Assembly: GCA_937942165.1 (NCBI GenBank)
Contig: CALDFW010000017.1
Location: forward strand, 1 to 61,885
From: an uncultured bacterium
GTDB taxonomy: Bacteria > Latescibacterota > UBA2968 > UBA8231
Direction: 5' to 3'
DNA: 61,885 nt
Part shown: in pieces, positions 1 through 8,753 of the stretch
Layout: every line of letters begins with the position of its first letter
Position numbering within the stretch: the stretch's first letter is position 1
Notes under the pieces: generated by a model
What the model saw: only the letters and a program-made list of their open reading frames with translations
Told to the model about the DNA's origin: nothing
Databases searched by the model: none
Program-made: the position numbers and the translations under genes

Positions 1-1827
1 GTATACATCGTTAATCTGGGCCGTGTCAGCCCCCGTCACAACCTCCGGGGTCGCGTAATCACCTACGGGTCCCGGATATTCACTAACCAGTTTACTGTAA
101 GTACCCTGTGTAAATTCGTGCTCTCCCAGCGTACCGGCCTGAATGCGGACCGTACGCTCGCGGAGCGCACTCAAATTCACCAGGTGCACATCGATCTGAT
201 CTCCCCTCACCGATTCGACGAGCGCCGCTGTCTCAGGTGGCAAACCGGGCCGCCCACTTTCGGCGTCGAAGTGGAGGATCGGGGCTAGCAAAAGCCCGCC
301 GTTGTAAAGCATCTGCGGCGCGCCCAGCGTGAGCTGAATAAGCGCTTCGGTCGTCACCGGATTCAGCTGCTGCCACCAGTGGATATGGTTGTCGCGTGGA
401 TCGGTCTCGTCCCGTCGCACCTGCTCCATTCGCCTGTATACTTGCGCCATACTGGCCCGTAGAATCTGCTCTGGATAGTCGGGATTTTCCCCGTTTATAA
501 AGGCGAACCATGGCTGTTCGTGACCCGCATCCTCTTTCGAATGAAAGGAGAAGACCTTGCGCCAATCATAGGTCTCTCTTTCGCGGATCGCGCACACCAT
601 TTCCCGGTCGACCTCATCGCCGCTCGCGTTCCACAGAGCCAGGGGATACATCGGCGCCAGCGGCTGCCAGTCCGACCAACCGCTATCGCCATAGCAATAG
701 GGCACAACCCAACTCTCGGTCACCTCGCCTAGCGCTTTGATTTGGCCCGTCCAATGATGCGCCAAACTCATGGGCTGCTGGCTCAAATCTGCCATCTTAC
801 CCTCGGACATAACCTTGCGAATCTGGTTGCGAGGCAGCTCTAAATACTTCGTCTCACCCGTAAGTAAATAGCATTCGACGCCGGCGAGGATAGCAGCCAT
901 AGCAATATTGTAGAAACCGTGGGGCCAGGTCCACCCATACATGCTGCCGTACCACTTTCCTCCCGTATATTCCCCAACTTCGCCCGACAGCCCCACATTA
1001 TCGGGTAGAAAACCGTCATACTGCTCCGCGCGCTCTATCCAAGCGTCGACGTATTCAAGCAGCCAGCGCTTGTACTTTTCGTCTCCGGTCATCAGGAAGG
1101 CATTCGCAATAAGCGAGCAGACGTGTAAGTTGGTCGCCACGTCGCCCTTGGACATGCGCTCTTTCATCGCTTTTCCCATGCGCCGCGCATTGGCCGGATC
1201 TTTCAGATCCTCAACGGATTCAATGCCCTCCAGGTCTTCAAATGGCAGGCCGTATACGGCCATCCCTGGGGAATAACCGTAGGAGGGTTCGTCTGTTTCC
1301 TCATACAGCCAGCGCGGTCCCTTTGATCCGTTGTGCGCACAGCGCAGGATTTTTTTCTCGGGATCGTAATTGACCGCCTCGGGATCTTCGTTGAGAAAGA
1401 AACCAGCAAATCGACGTGCCCTGACGGTATTTTGCTCGTGCGCTGGATCTGCCAGGCAGAGCAGGTAAAAATAGATGTAGCTCTCGCTCTGATGAAACTG
1501 GTCGTACCCGACTTCGTACTCTTTGTGCACGTGCCCAATTTCTTCCATGAGCCGAGTAGTCGCATCCCACTGTCGTTGGCCCAATTCCAACAGGTGATCT
1601 CCCCCACCGAGCAAGTAGAGCAGCGGCCAGTTGTAAAAGCTTTCGTAAAAGTCGTCGGCGCCGTCTCGGGTCTGGTGAATTCCCTCCTGCCATATAAGAC
1701 GACCGTCGGGATGCGTGTATTTTTCCAAAAACGGGTACACGGCTTCTTCCATCACTGCAATGAGCTGCCGCTCTAACACAGCCCAAGCCGGCGCCTCTTC
1801 CAACGGTACTGTCGCCCGAATCTTCAT
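1..1827 (-). CDS. Uncharacterised cytoplasmic protein, C-terminus beyond window edge (at least 608 aa)
   Basis: The minus-strand frame is open from ATG at 1827-1825 down to position 1. It is absent from the supplied track because no stop lies in the window. My translation begins MKIRATVPLEEAPAWAVLERQLIAVMEEAVYPFLEKYTHPDGRLIWQEGIHQTRDGADDFYESFYNWPL. The start overlaps the stop of the upstream SDR gene (ATGA). No signal peptide and no family motif recognised. Confidence 0.7.
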   Translation of the reverse strand, partial: MKIRATVPLEEAPAWAVLERQLIAVMEEAVYPFLEKYTHPDGRLIWQEGIHQTRDGADDFYESFYNWPLLYLLGGGDHLLELGQRQWDATTRLMEEIGHVHKEYEVGYDQFHQSESYIYFYLLCLADPAHEQNTVRARRFAGFFLNEDPEAVNYDPEKKILRCAHNGSKGPRWLYEETDEPSYGYSPGMAVYGLPFEDLEGIESVEDLKDPANARRMGKAMKERMSKGDVATNLHVCSLIANAFLMTGDEKYKRWLLEYVDAWIERAEQYDGFLPDNVGLSGEVGEYTGGKWYGSMYGWTWPHGFYNIAMAAILAGVECYLLTGETKYLELPRNQIRKVMSEGKMADLSQQPMSLAHHWTGQIKALGEVTESWVVPYCYGDSGWSDWQPLAPMYPLALWNASGDEVDREMVCAIRERETYDWRKVFSFHSKEDAGHEQPWFAFINGENPDYPEQILRASMAQVYRRMEQVRRDETDPRDNHIHWWQQLNPVTTEALIQLTLGAPQMLYNGGLLLAPILHFDAESGRPGLPPETAALVESVRGDQIDVHLVNLSALRERTVRIQAGTLGEHEFTQGTYSKLVSEYPGPVGDYATPEVVTGADTAQINDVY

Positions 1828-2579
1828 CCGCTACCCCCTTTTACATTCCAAACTGAACCGGTCGTATACGTATTGCGTTCAGAGCACAGAAACTCGATCA
1901 CCTCAGCGACTTCTTCCGGATCGGAATAGCGCCCCATGGGATTGCCCGGGTCGTCCAGATGCTCCTGAGAAAAACGCGGCACGACCATATCCGTTAGCGC
2001 GCGCCCCGGCTCAATGCCGTTGACAAATACGCCCTGTTTTGCCCAGACATTGCCCAGCGACTGAACAAAGGAGAATACGGCCCCCTTAGATACGGAATAG
2101 GGCACCTGATTGGGAACTCCGCGCCGCGCGCCGGAAGTGATCGTCAAACAGCGACCCCAGCCTCCCTTGAGCATGTGCGGAATCGCTGCCTGATGCGCAT
2201 GATAAACGCCGTGCACGTTGATATCCATCACTTTGGCAAACTGTTCGGGCGGCTGTTCGAGAAAGGGTTTTTCCCAGCCCAAAATGCCGGCACAGCAAAC
2301 GAGTATATCTAGACGTCCAAACGCTTCGGCCGCCAGATCAATTGCCCTGTGGACCTGTGCAGGATCGGTCACATCTGTTCTCACATACAGCGCCTGCTGT
2401 CCCAGCGCCTCAATATCGGCCACCGTCTGCTGCGCCTCTCTGTCTAGCATATCCAATAGGGCAACTGCCCGACCCTCTTCAGCGATGCGCAGCGCCGCAG
2501 CACGCCCCAAACCGCGCGCGCCACCCGTGATGCAGGCCGCACGCGGTTCTCTAGGCGCGGCAAAACGTAAATTGGCCAT
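1824..2579 (-). CDS. Short-chain dehydrogenase/reductase (SDR) family oxidoreductase
   Basis: ORF 1824-2645 trimmed to ATG 2579-2577, which is preceded by AAAAAGGGAGGGATAT (strong SD). TGGARGLG dinucleotide-binding motif and YSVSK (YxxxK) catalytic motif. Confidence 0.85.
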   Translation of the reverse strand: MANLRFAAPREPRAACITGGARGLGRAAALRIAEEGRAVALLDMLDREAQQTVADIEALGQQALYVRTDVTDPAQVHRAIDLAAEAFGRLDILVCCAGILGWEKPFLEQPPEQFAKVMDINVHGVYHAHQAAIPHMLKGGWGRCLTITSGARRGVPNQVPYSVSKGAVFSFVQSLGNVWAKQGVFVNGIEPGRALTDMVVPRFSQEHLDDPGNPMGRYSDPEEVAEVIEFLCSERNTYTTGSVWNVKGGSG

Positions 2580-2712
2580 ATATCCCTCCCTTTTTATTGA
2601 GTTCAATATCGCCAATGCCTCAACCGTACTCAACAGGCCCGACAACCTCCGCTTGGCGCCCTCTTTCCCGCATGCTACATTATCAGACCAAGATCACCAA
2701 CAGGAGCCCTTT

Positions 2713-3840
2713 ATGAAAATTGAACAAATAGAAACCCTGCTCATCGGCAATGGCCTAGTAGTGCGCATAACCACCGACAGCGGTCTCACCGGCCTCGGCC
2801 AAACCGCCTGCTGGGGATACCCCAAGGCCGTAGGGAGCATTATCGACGTCTACAAAGAGTATCTCATAGGCCAAAATCCGCTTCAGATTGAGCACCATTG
2901 GAACCACTTGTACCGCATGGCACCGTTCAGGGGTACTGCCATTATGGGCGCCGTCGCGGCTATCGACATCGCCCTATACGATATCAAGGGAAAACACTTT
3001 GAAGTTCCCGTGTGGGAACTACTCGGCGGAAAGGTACGCGACAAGATTCGCCTGCACCTATTGTCGGGCGGCGGCACGCCCGAAGCCAACTTCGCCTCGG
3101 CGAAAGCTGCGGCCGAAGAGGGATTTACCGCGGTTAAATTTGACCCCTTGCCCGGGGGCTACCAAGACATGGCACAGGCGCGCCTCATCGACACGGCCGT
3201 TGAGATTACCGCCGCCGCGCGCGAAGCCGGCGGCCCGGACCTCGACCTGATTATCGAATTACATAGAAAACTGACTCCAATGGTCGCTCTCGATTTAGCC
3301 GATGCGCTCAAACCGTTTCACGTTCTTTTCCTCGAAGATCCCATACAAATCGACAGCATTTCATCGCAGGCTCAAATTTCAGCCAAGTCTCCCCTCCCCT
3401 TTGGCAACGGCGAGCGGTTTGTTTCCATATGGGAATTCCGCGAACTCTTAGAGCAGGGCGGCCCTCAATACGTCCGCCCCGACGTAGCGCTGGCCGGCGG
3501 CTTGACGCACTGCAAGAAAATCGCCGCCATTGCCGAGAGCTACCACTGCGCCGTAGTCACGCATAACTTTCTGGGCCCGCTTATCACCGCCGCTTCACTG
3601 CACTTAGATGCCACAATTCCCAACTTTGTCACGCAGGAATACACTAAGAACGACGAGGCGCCCCACCATGCCGTCTTTAAGACCTGTTACCAGCGCGAAG
3701 GCGGCTATATCGCCCTCCCCGAAGCACCCGGCCTAGGCGTCGAACTCGACGAAGCACTGATCGAACAAACGCCCTACAAACCAATGGTTTCCGGCCACAC
3801 ACCGCTTCGCACTGACGGTTCAGTGGCCAACGCCGTATAG
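2713..3840 (+). CDS. Enolase-superfamily enzyme (mandelate racemase/muconate lactonizing family; galactonate-dehydratase-like dehydratase or cycloisomerase)
   Basis: ORF 2218-3840 trimmed to ATG 2713 (MKIEQIETLLIGNG...). The upstream part is antisense to the SDR gene. End-to-end resemblance to DgoD-like proteins: AIDIALYDIKGK, VWELLGG, FLEDP, GERF, PDVALAGGLT, HNFLGP. Confidence 0.85.
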   Translation: MKIEQIETLLIGNGLVVRITTDSGLTGLGQTACWGYPKAVGSIIDVYKEYLIGQNPLQIEHHWNHLYRMAPFRGTAIMGAVAAIDIALYDIKGKHFEVPVWELLGGKVRDKIRLHLLSGGGTPEANFASAKAAAEEGFTAVKFDPLPGGYQDMAQARLIDTAVEITAAAREAGGPDLDLIIELHRKLTPMVALDLADALKPFHVLFLEDPIQIDSISSQAQISAKSPLPFGNGERFVSIWEFRELLEQGGPQYVRPDVALAGGLTHCKKIAAIAESYHCAVVTHNFLGPLITAASLHLDATIPNFVTQEYTKNDEAPHHAVFKTCYQREGGYIALPEAPGLGVELDEALIEQTPYKPMVSGHTPLRTDGSVANAV

Positions 3841-3851
3841 GACAGGAAATC

Positions 3852-5261
3852 ATGACCGACCGTCCCCATATGCTGCTAATTATAACCGACCACTGGCGGG
3901 GAGACTGCCTGAGCCGACTCGGGCACCCTGCCGTAGAGACGCCTCATTTAGACTCGCTCTCTGCGCGGGGCACTACCTTTACCCGAGCCTATACGCCCTG
4001 TCCATCTTGCGTTGCTGCGAGGCGGTCGCTCATGACGGGTATGACTCCCTATAGCCAGGGGATGGTCGGATATCGAGACGGCCAGCCGTGGGACTACCCC
4101 CATTCGCTGGCCGGAGAGTTAACCGCAGCTGGCTACCAGACGGCCAATATCGGCAAAACCCATTTCTATCCGTCTCGCAAACACCTCGGCTTTGAGCAGC
4201 TCGTCATTCCGGCCGACTATGAAGAGTGGCTTGGCCAACAGCCCGGCATAGAGACCGAGAAGCTGGCCCACGGCGTGCCGGCCAACTCGTGGCTCGGTCG
4301 TCCAAATCACCTGCCAGAGCATCAGATGGAAGAGACGTACTTTGTTGGACGCGCACTCGACTTCCTGCATAAAAGAGACCCGACGCGTCCTTTTTTTCTG
4401 ACGCTCTCCTTTAACGGTCCGCATCCCCCCTGGTGCCCACCGCAGGTCTATTACGACCAGTTCATAGATCGAGACCTGCCAAAGCCAGAAATCGGAGACT
4501 GGGCGGAGCGACACGCCCGAGACGCCCGCTACCCGCTAGACGTCAATGCATGGCGAGGAACGCTCCCCGAGCATATCGTCCACCGGGCGAGAGCGGCCTA
4601 TTTTGCCTATTTGGCTTTTCTCGACGCGCAGATTGGCCGCTTGGTCGAACGACTACAGCGCAGCGGCATGCTGGACGATACGCTCATCGTTTTTACATCC
4701 GATCACGGAGAGATGCTGGGCGATCATCACCTTTGGCGAAAAACCTACGCCTACGAAGCCTCTGCCCGCGTTCCGCTAATAGCCGTTGCGCCTGGGTCCA
4801 TGAACGTAGAGCGCAACGTCGAATGCGATGCGCTGGTTGGCTGGGAGGATATCATGCCCACATTTCTGCAGGCAGCTGAAACGGACCAACCAGAAAGCGT
4901 AGAGGGACACAGCGTGCTCGAACTTTTAAAAGACCCATCGGGTACGCTGCGCCCCCACTACCATGGGGAACACGCCCCTTGCTACCATCCTGAAAACGCA
5001 AACCAATTCCTGACAGATACACGATGGAAATATATTTGGAATCCCATTAACGGAGAGGAACAGCTTTTCGACCTGCAGGCCGACCCGCACGAATGCGCAG
5101 ATCTTGCACGGAAAGAGCCCGATGTGCTGGCGCATTGGCGACAGACCATGGCGCGCCAGTTGGCAGGCAGGCAGGAGCAGCTTTCGGACGGAACGCAGCT
5201 AAGGACGGGGGCCGTGCAAGCGTGGCGCTTTGCACAGGCCGACGAGCTGCATCTGGGGTAG
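3852..5261 (+). CDS. S1-family sulfatase (arylsulfatase A-like), no signal peptide
   Basis: LLIITDHWRGD metal-binding N-terminus. The formylglycine motif region reads CVAARRSLMTG. Also GKTH and FTSDHGEMLGDH. AGGAAA SD 6 nt upstream of the ATG. The N-terminus MTDRPHMLLII has no signal sequence. Confidence 0.9.
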   Translation: MTDRPHMLLIITDHWRGDCLSRLGHPAVETPHLDSLSARGTTFTRAYTPCPSCVAARRSLMTGMTPYSQGMVGYRDGQPWDYPHSLAGELTAAGYQTANIGKTHFYPSRKHLGFEQLVIPADYEEWLGQQPGIETEKLAHGVPANSWLGRPNHLPEHQMEETYFVGRALDFLHKRDPTRPFFLTLSFNGPHPPWCPPQVYYDQFIDRDLPKPEIGDWAERHARDARYPLDVNAWRGTLPEHIVHRARAAYFAYLAFLDAQIGRLVERLQRSGMLDDTLIVFTSDHGEMLGDHHLWRKTYAYEASARVPLIAVAPGSMNVERNVECDALVGWEDIMPTFLQAAETDQPESVEGHSVLELLKDPSGTLRPHYHGEHAPCYHPENANQFLTDTRWKYIWNPINGEEQLFDLQADPHECADLARKEPDVLAHWRQTMARQLAGRQEQLSDGTQLRTGAVQAWRFAQADELHLG

Positions 5262-5262
5262 G

Positions 5263-6933
5263 CTACGGAAGCAACCTTTTCTCCGTTGTCGACCAAGTTC
5301 CACAGCGTATTTGAATCGTCCTCTCCAACGGGGCCATATCGGTAATCAGCAGGCGGAAAACGTCCGAACTACTTTCGCTGTTGCGCATGGCCCACATGCT
5401 GTGGGCGTGACTTCCAGGCCCAACGGATATCGCATCATCCCCCATGCGATAGAGGGCTGTTCCACGCTTGAGAAAAGCCGTATTGCCCTCTTTTCCTTCG
5501 AGCAGCACGCTTTCCGTCTCCAAGGTCCCCCCTGGCGTAAAACTGCACTCAATTTGAAAAGGAACGCCGTCGAGGCCGCCGGACGTAGCCAGGTGCAGGT
5601 CAAATCCCCCCTCCACGCTCTCCATGCGCAGCGACACCTGCAGTGGGGGCAGCTCGTAGGTCGCACGCCGAACGCGCACCTCCTGCCAGTTTTCCGCATC
5701 GACTACTTCGTCTATTGGCAGCCAGTAAATACCACCTCGATAGTCCTTTTCAGGGTAGATCTTATTGCGCCCCAAGTGCTGAAGATGCGCCTCACCCTCG
5801 GAGCCGAAAAAATCCTCTCCGACAAACTGACCCGTGGCAAAGTACGTTGAGCACAGCTTGAGCGTCATCTCTGCCTGCCCGTACACAATGCTGAAGGGCG
5901 AGGTTAGCCCGGCCGCAGCTGTCGCGCTTGTCCTATCGCGCCGCACGCGCCACAGCCCCGAGACTGGAAACGATTTAGCATAGCTGGCTGGCAGGCTTTC
6001 GCGCGCTACCTCCGCCGTTCGCCATTCCGGATGCAGAGCAAAATTAGGCAAACACACGAGGGAGCTGTTTCCCCTGTCGACCAGCCAATCCGCAACGGCG
6101 GCATAAAACCCATTATCGTCAATATGAGCCATCGCATGATAGCCGTCAGCCAGGGTCGTTGGCACGGAGCGTGCGCCGCGATCCTGCCTGCGCGAGATGC
6201 TGGTAACAACGGTTGCATCGCCGTGCAGCATGTAGTAGTTAAAGTCGAGATTTCGGCGCACCGGATCCAGCAGTTCAGGTCGCCCTAGCGCCTGTGAGGC
6301 CAGTATGAGAGACCGGTTTACGACGGCGTTGTATACGCCCGTACTGCGTTCGATATATTCACCGTCTGCGTTGCAGTCTATCGTCTCGGCTAGATAGGCC
6401 TCTATTGCATCCTGCACTTCTAGATCGGGAAATAGTTCGCTCGCCAACGAGAGGGCGGCAACAAGCACCCAGCGATGGTTTGGCGTGTGAAACCCACCGG
6501 AGACCATGCCCGGCACGCCGCTCAGGATCAGCTCTCCCAGCGATTCAGAGATTTGCTCAGCCCCATCCTCCCCTGCCAAGCGTGCCAACTTAACGGCCGG
6601 CGCCAACGACTTGGTTATAAAACCGGTATCCGGCGATGAGTCAAAGTTCGTGCTCAGCAAATCGTAATTGCCCGAAGAACGGCGGCGGCGACGCCCAAAT
6701 TCGCCGACCATAAGAATGCGCTCGAGGAGCTCTGGGCTTTGGTAATGCGATGATTCCCGCAGCAGGTACGCATAGGCCAGCGTAGATGCTGAGGAAACGC
6801 TGTTGGGTCCAACTAGACCGTCGCCGTCCATAAACCCACCGCAGTCTGCGCTGCGCCCGTCCGTCATCTGGCGAGCGAGTAGACGAGGTACGTTAGCCTC
6901 TAATTCACGGATTACCCTACCATACTGAACCAT
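5263..6933 (-). CDS. Uncharacterised 556-aa protein; possibly an alpha/alpha-toroid fold (heparinase II/III-like or prenyltransferase-repeat-like)
   Basis: Long ORF with a GGAAAGAGG SD. The segments DCGGFMDGDG and GGFHTPNHRW recall toroid-repeat and lyase families, but I cannot assign a family. No signal peptide. Its stop lies 1 nt from the sulfatase stop (convergent). Confidence 0.55.
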   Translation of the reverse strand: MVQYGRVIRELEANVPRLLARQMTDGRSADCGGFMDGDGLVGPNSVSSASTLAYAYLLRESSHYQSPELLERILMVGEFGRRRRRSSGNYDLLSTNFDSSPDTGFITKSLAPAVKLARLAGEDGAEQISESLGELILSGVPGMVSGGFHTPNHRWVLVAALSLASELFPDLEVQDAIEAYLAETIDCNADGEYIERSTGVYNAVVNRSLILASQALGRPELLDPVRRNLDFNYYMLHGDATVVTSISRRQDRGARSVPTTLADGYHAMAHIDDNGFYAAVADWLVDRGNSSLVCLPNFALHPEWRTAEVARESLPASYAKSFPVSGLWRVRRDRTSATAAAGLTSPFSIVYGQAEMTLKLCSTYFATGQFVGEDFFGSEGEAHLQHLGRNKIYPEKDYRGGIYWLPIDEVVDAENWQEVRVRRATYELPPLQVSLRMESVEGGFDLHLATSGGLDGVPFQIECSFTPGGTLETESVLLEGKEGNTAFLKRGTALYRMGDDAISVGPGSHAHSMWAMRNSESSSDVFRLLITDMAPLERTIQIRCGTWSTTEKRLLP

Positions 6934-6949
6934 CCTCTTTCCTTTCTCC

Positions 6950-7927
6950 CTAACGAGCCACGCGCACCGTGCGATTCAGGTCTGCAGATTTGTAGGCTGC
7001 CTCCGTCAAACGGGCAACCTGCAGAGCAAAATCAGCTTCCTCATAACCCTTGCCCCCTCGCATCCAACGGAGGAATGATGCATCGGGGCTTTGCTCCTTG
7101 ATCCGAGCCGGCACGACCAGCGATTCACCGTTTAGCAGCACCTCGCGAATCCCCCACTGGTGCAGATGGAACACCACGCAACCGGCGTCGCCTTGGATAG
7201 CCAAACGCTCGTCGTGACGGTCCGCACTCCCGGTAAAGTGCAGCGAACCCAACGCGCCGTTGCTAAACCGTATATTGAGCGCCGTATCTATATCGACTTT
7301 CTCCATACGGCGATCCATGAAAGCGTGTACCTGAGCCGGCTGCAGACCCGTCATCCACAGGGCAGAAGCCACGAGGTGACTTCCCGTATCCATAAAAAAG
7401 CCGCCCCCGGACAGCGTCGGCTCTCCGCGCCAACCCCGTCCGGCCCACCGTTGGGTGACGTACGCGACTACGCCTCGAATCTCTCCCAAAGTACCTTTCG
7501 CTATGAGCTCACGCACATAGGCGTGCTGGGGATAGAAGTTTCGCTGATAGCTGACAACGAGTAGACGATCCGCCTTTCGCGCAGTCTCAATAAGAGACTT
7601 GGCGTGGCGCGAGGCTGTCGTGAGCGGCTTTTCTATGAGCACGTGTAAACCCGCCTTTAAACTGGCGCGAGCTTGCTCATAGTGCATTGAATGAGGCGAT
7701 GAGATAATGACGCCGTCGAGTGTTTCGGCTTTAAGCAGCGCTTTGTGGTCCATATAGAGCGGAATCTCACTGCCCCACTTCTCCATCAGTAGGCGAGCCG
7801 GCTCCTCGGCCGTATCCACCAACCCAACCAATTCGACCCGCCCATCTTCAACCAGACGCGGAACGTGTGCCCTTTGCATATTTCCACCACAGCCTATTAA
7901 GCCGAGGCGTATCTTCTTTTTTGCCAA
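6950..7927 (-). CDS. Gfo/Idh/MocA family NAD(P)-dependent oxidoreductase
   Basis: N-terminal Rossmann motif IRLGLIGCGGNMQRAH and the LIEKPL motif typical of the family. 325 aa. Confidence 0.85.
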   Translation of the reverse strand: MAKKKIRLGLIGCGGNMQRAHVPRLVEDGRVELVGLVDTAEEPARLLMEKWGSEIPLYMDHKALLKAETLDGVIISSPHSMHYEQARASLKAGLHVLIEKPLTTASRHAKSLIETARKADRLLVVSYQRNFYPQHAYVRELIAKGTLGEIRGVVAYVTQRWAGRGWRGEPTLSGGGFFMDTGSHLVASALWMTGLQPAQVHAFMDRRMEKVDIDTALNIRFSNGALGSLHFTGSADRHDERLAIQGDAGCVVFHLHQWGIREVLLNGESLVVPARIKEQSPDASFLRWMRGGKGYEEADFALQVARLTEAAYKSADLNRTVRVAR

Positions 7928-7952
7928 AGGATGCCCCCTTCCAACGAGCGCA

Positions 7953-8753
7953 TTATACCAAACTAAAGAGCGGCGCTACGCCGCCAAACATTCCCGGAAA
8001 ACGAAAAACGCCTTCATCTCCTCGAGCGATTCGAGCGATTGTCGTTTCACTTAGTAACGCACGCTGTCGCTCAAAAAAGAGGCTCTCGTCGGGGACCAAA
8101 TACGACCCAACAGCCCGCGCGCTTTCGCGCAGCGGTGCAATCTCAGCCACGTCCGCTATCCGCGCAGTCATCGCATCAAAGAAAGAAGCGAGCACCGCTC
8201 TTCGCTCTTCGGACTGCATTGCAGCCGTCTCCTCAAAAGAGGCGTGGCAATATATCAAGCGTTCGCGCCAGTCCTCTGGAGCTATCCCCTCTACTACAAA
8301 GGGGCCCGCGTTGCCGTGCAGGGGCGTATGGTCTTGCGTTTGAAAGGCAACCAGCACGCGCCTACCGCCGACCGGCCGGGCCCGTAGACGCACTACGGTA
8401 CGCGGTTCGATCGCAATAGTTTCACCGTTGGAAACGGCGCGAGTTGCGATTCCACCCTCTCCAAGCACGTCGATATAGGCCTCTCGGGTAAAGTGAACCT
8501 GAATGTGTTCGCGCGGCAGGCCATCGATACCACAGCGCCCGAAGGGCATAGAATATGCCCAGCGAGTATCGACTTCTCCCCCTTCCACCGCTTCTCCTCG
8601 CAGAGCGGATAGGGCTTGGGCAAGCGCCTTAGCTTCCCCTTCTGCCGTTGTCTCTACAACGGCTAAGTCCTTGCCCTCACCGGGCTCCACTCGATAGGGC
8701 GTTCCATATCCAAAAAGGCGATGGGCAAGAATCGAGTCTACGTTCATGCGCAC
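7953..8753 (-). CDS. Uncharacterised 266-aa protein
   Basis: ORF whose start overlaps the end of the upstream DegT-like gene by 10 nt (8744-8753), and which lies 25 nt upstream of the oxidoreductase gene. No motif recognised and no signal peptide. Confidence 0.6.
   Translation of the reverse strand: MRMNVDSILAHRLFGYGTPYRVEPGEGKDLAVVETTAEGEAKALAQALSALRGEAVEGGEVDTRWAYSMPFGRCGIDGLPREHIQVHFTREAYIDVLGEGGIATRAVSNGETIAIEPRTVVRLRARPVGGRRVLVAFQTQDHTPLHGNAGPFVVEGIAPEDWRERLIYCHASFEETAAMQSEERRAVLASFFDAMTARIADVAEIAPLRESARAVGSYLVPDESLFFERQRALLSETTIARIARGDEGVFRFPGMFGGVAPLFSLV

Noticed and set aside
2218-2712. N-terminal 165 codons of track ORF 2218-3840, which would make the enolase-family protein 540 aa.
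   Set aside because: This part is antisense to the well-supported SDR gene. It is Ala/Ser/Arg/Pro-rich low-complexity sequence typical of GC-rich antisense frames. The family-typical N-terminus MKIEQIETLL starts at ATG 2713.
5230-5850. 206-aa plus-strand ORF. Similar long antisense ORFs occur at 17786-18334, 46658-47290, 50447-50836, 56718-57230 and 59793-60323.
   Set aside because: Each lies entirely inside, or out of frame with, a strongly supported gene on the opposite or same strand (ORF 5263-6933, murC, ispDF, flagellin, the 56501 and SH3 genes, prmA). Their composition is Arg/Ser/Pro/Ala-biased and they carry no recognisable motifs.
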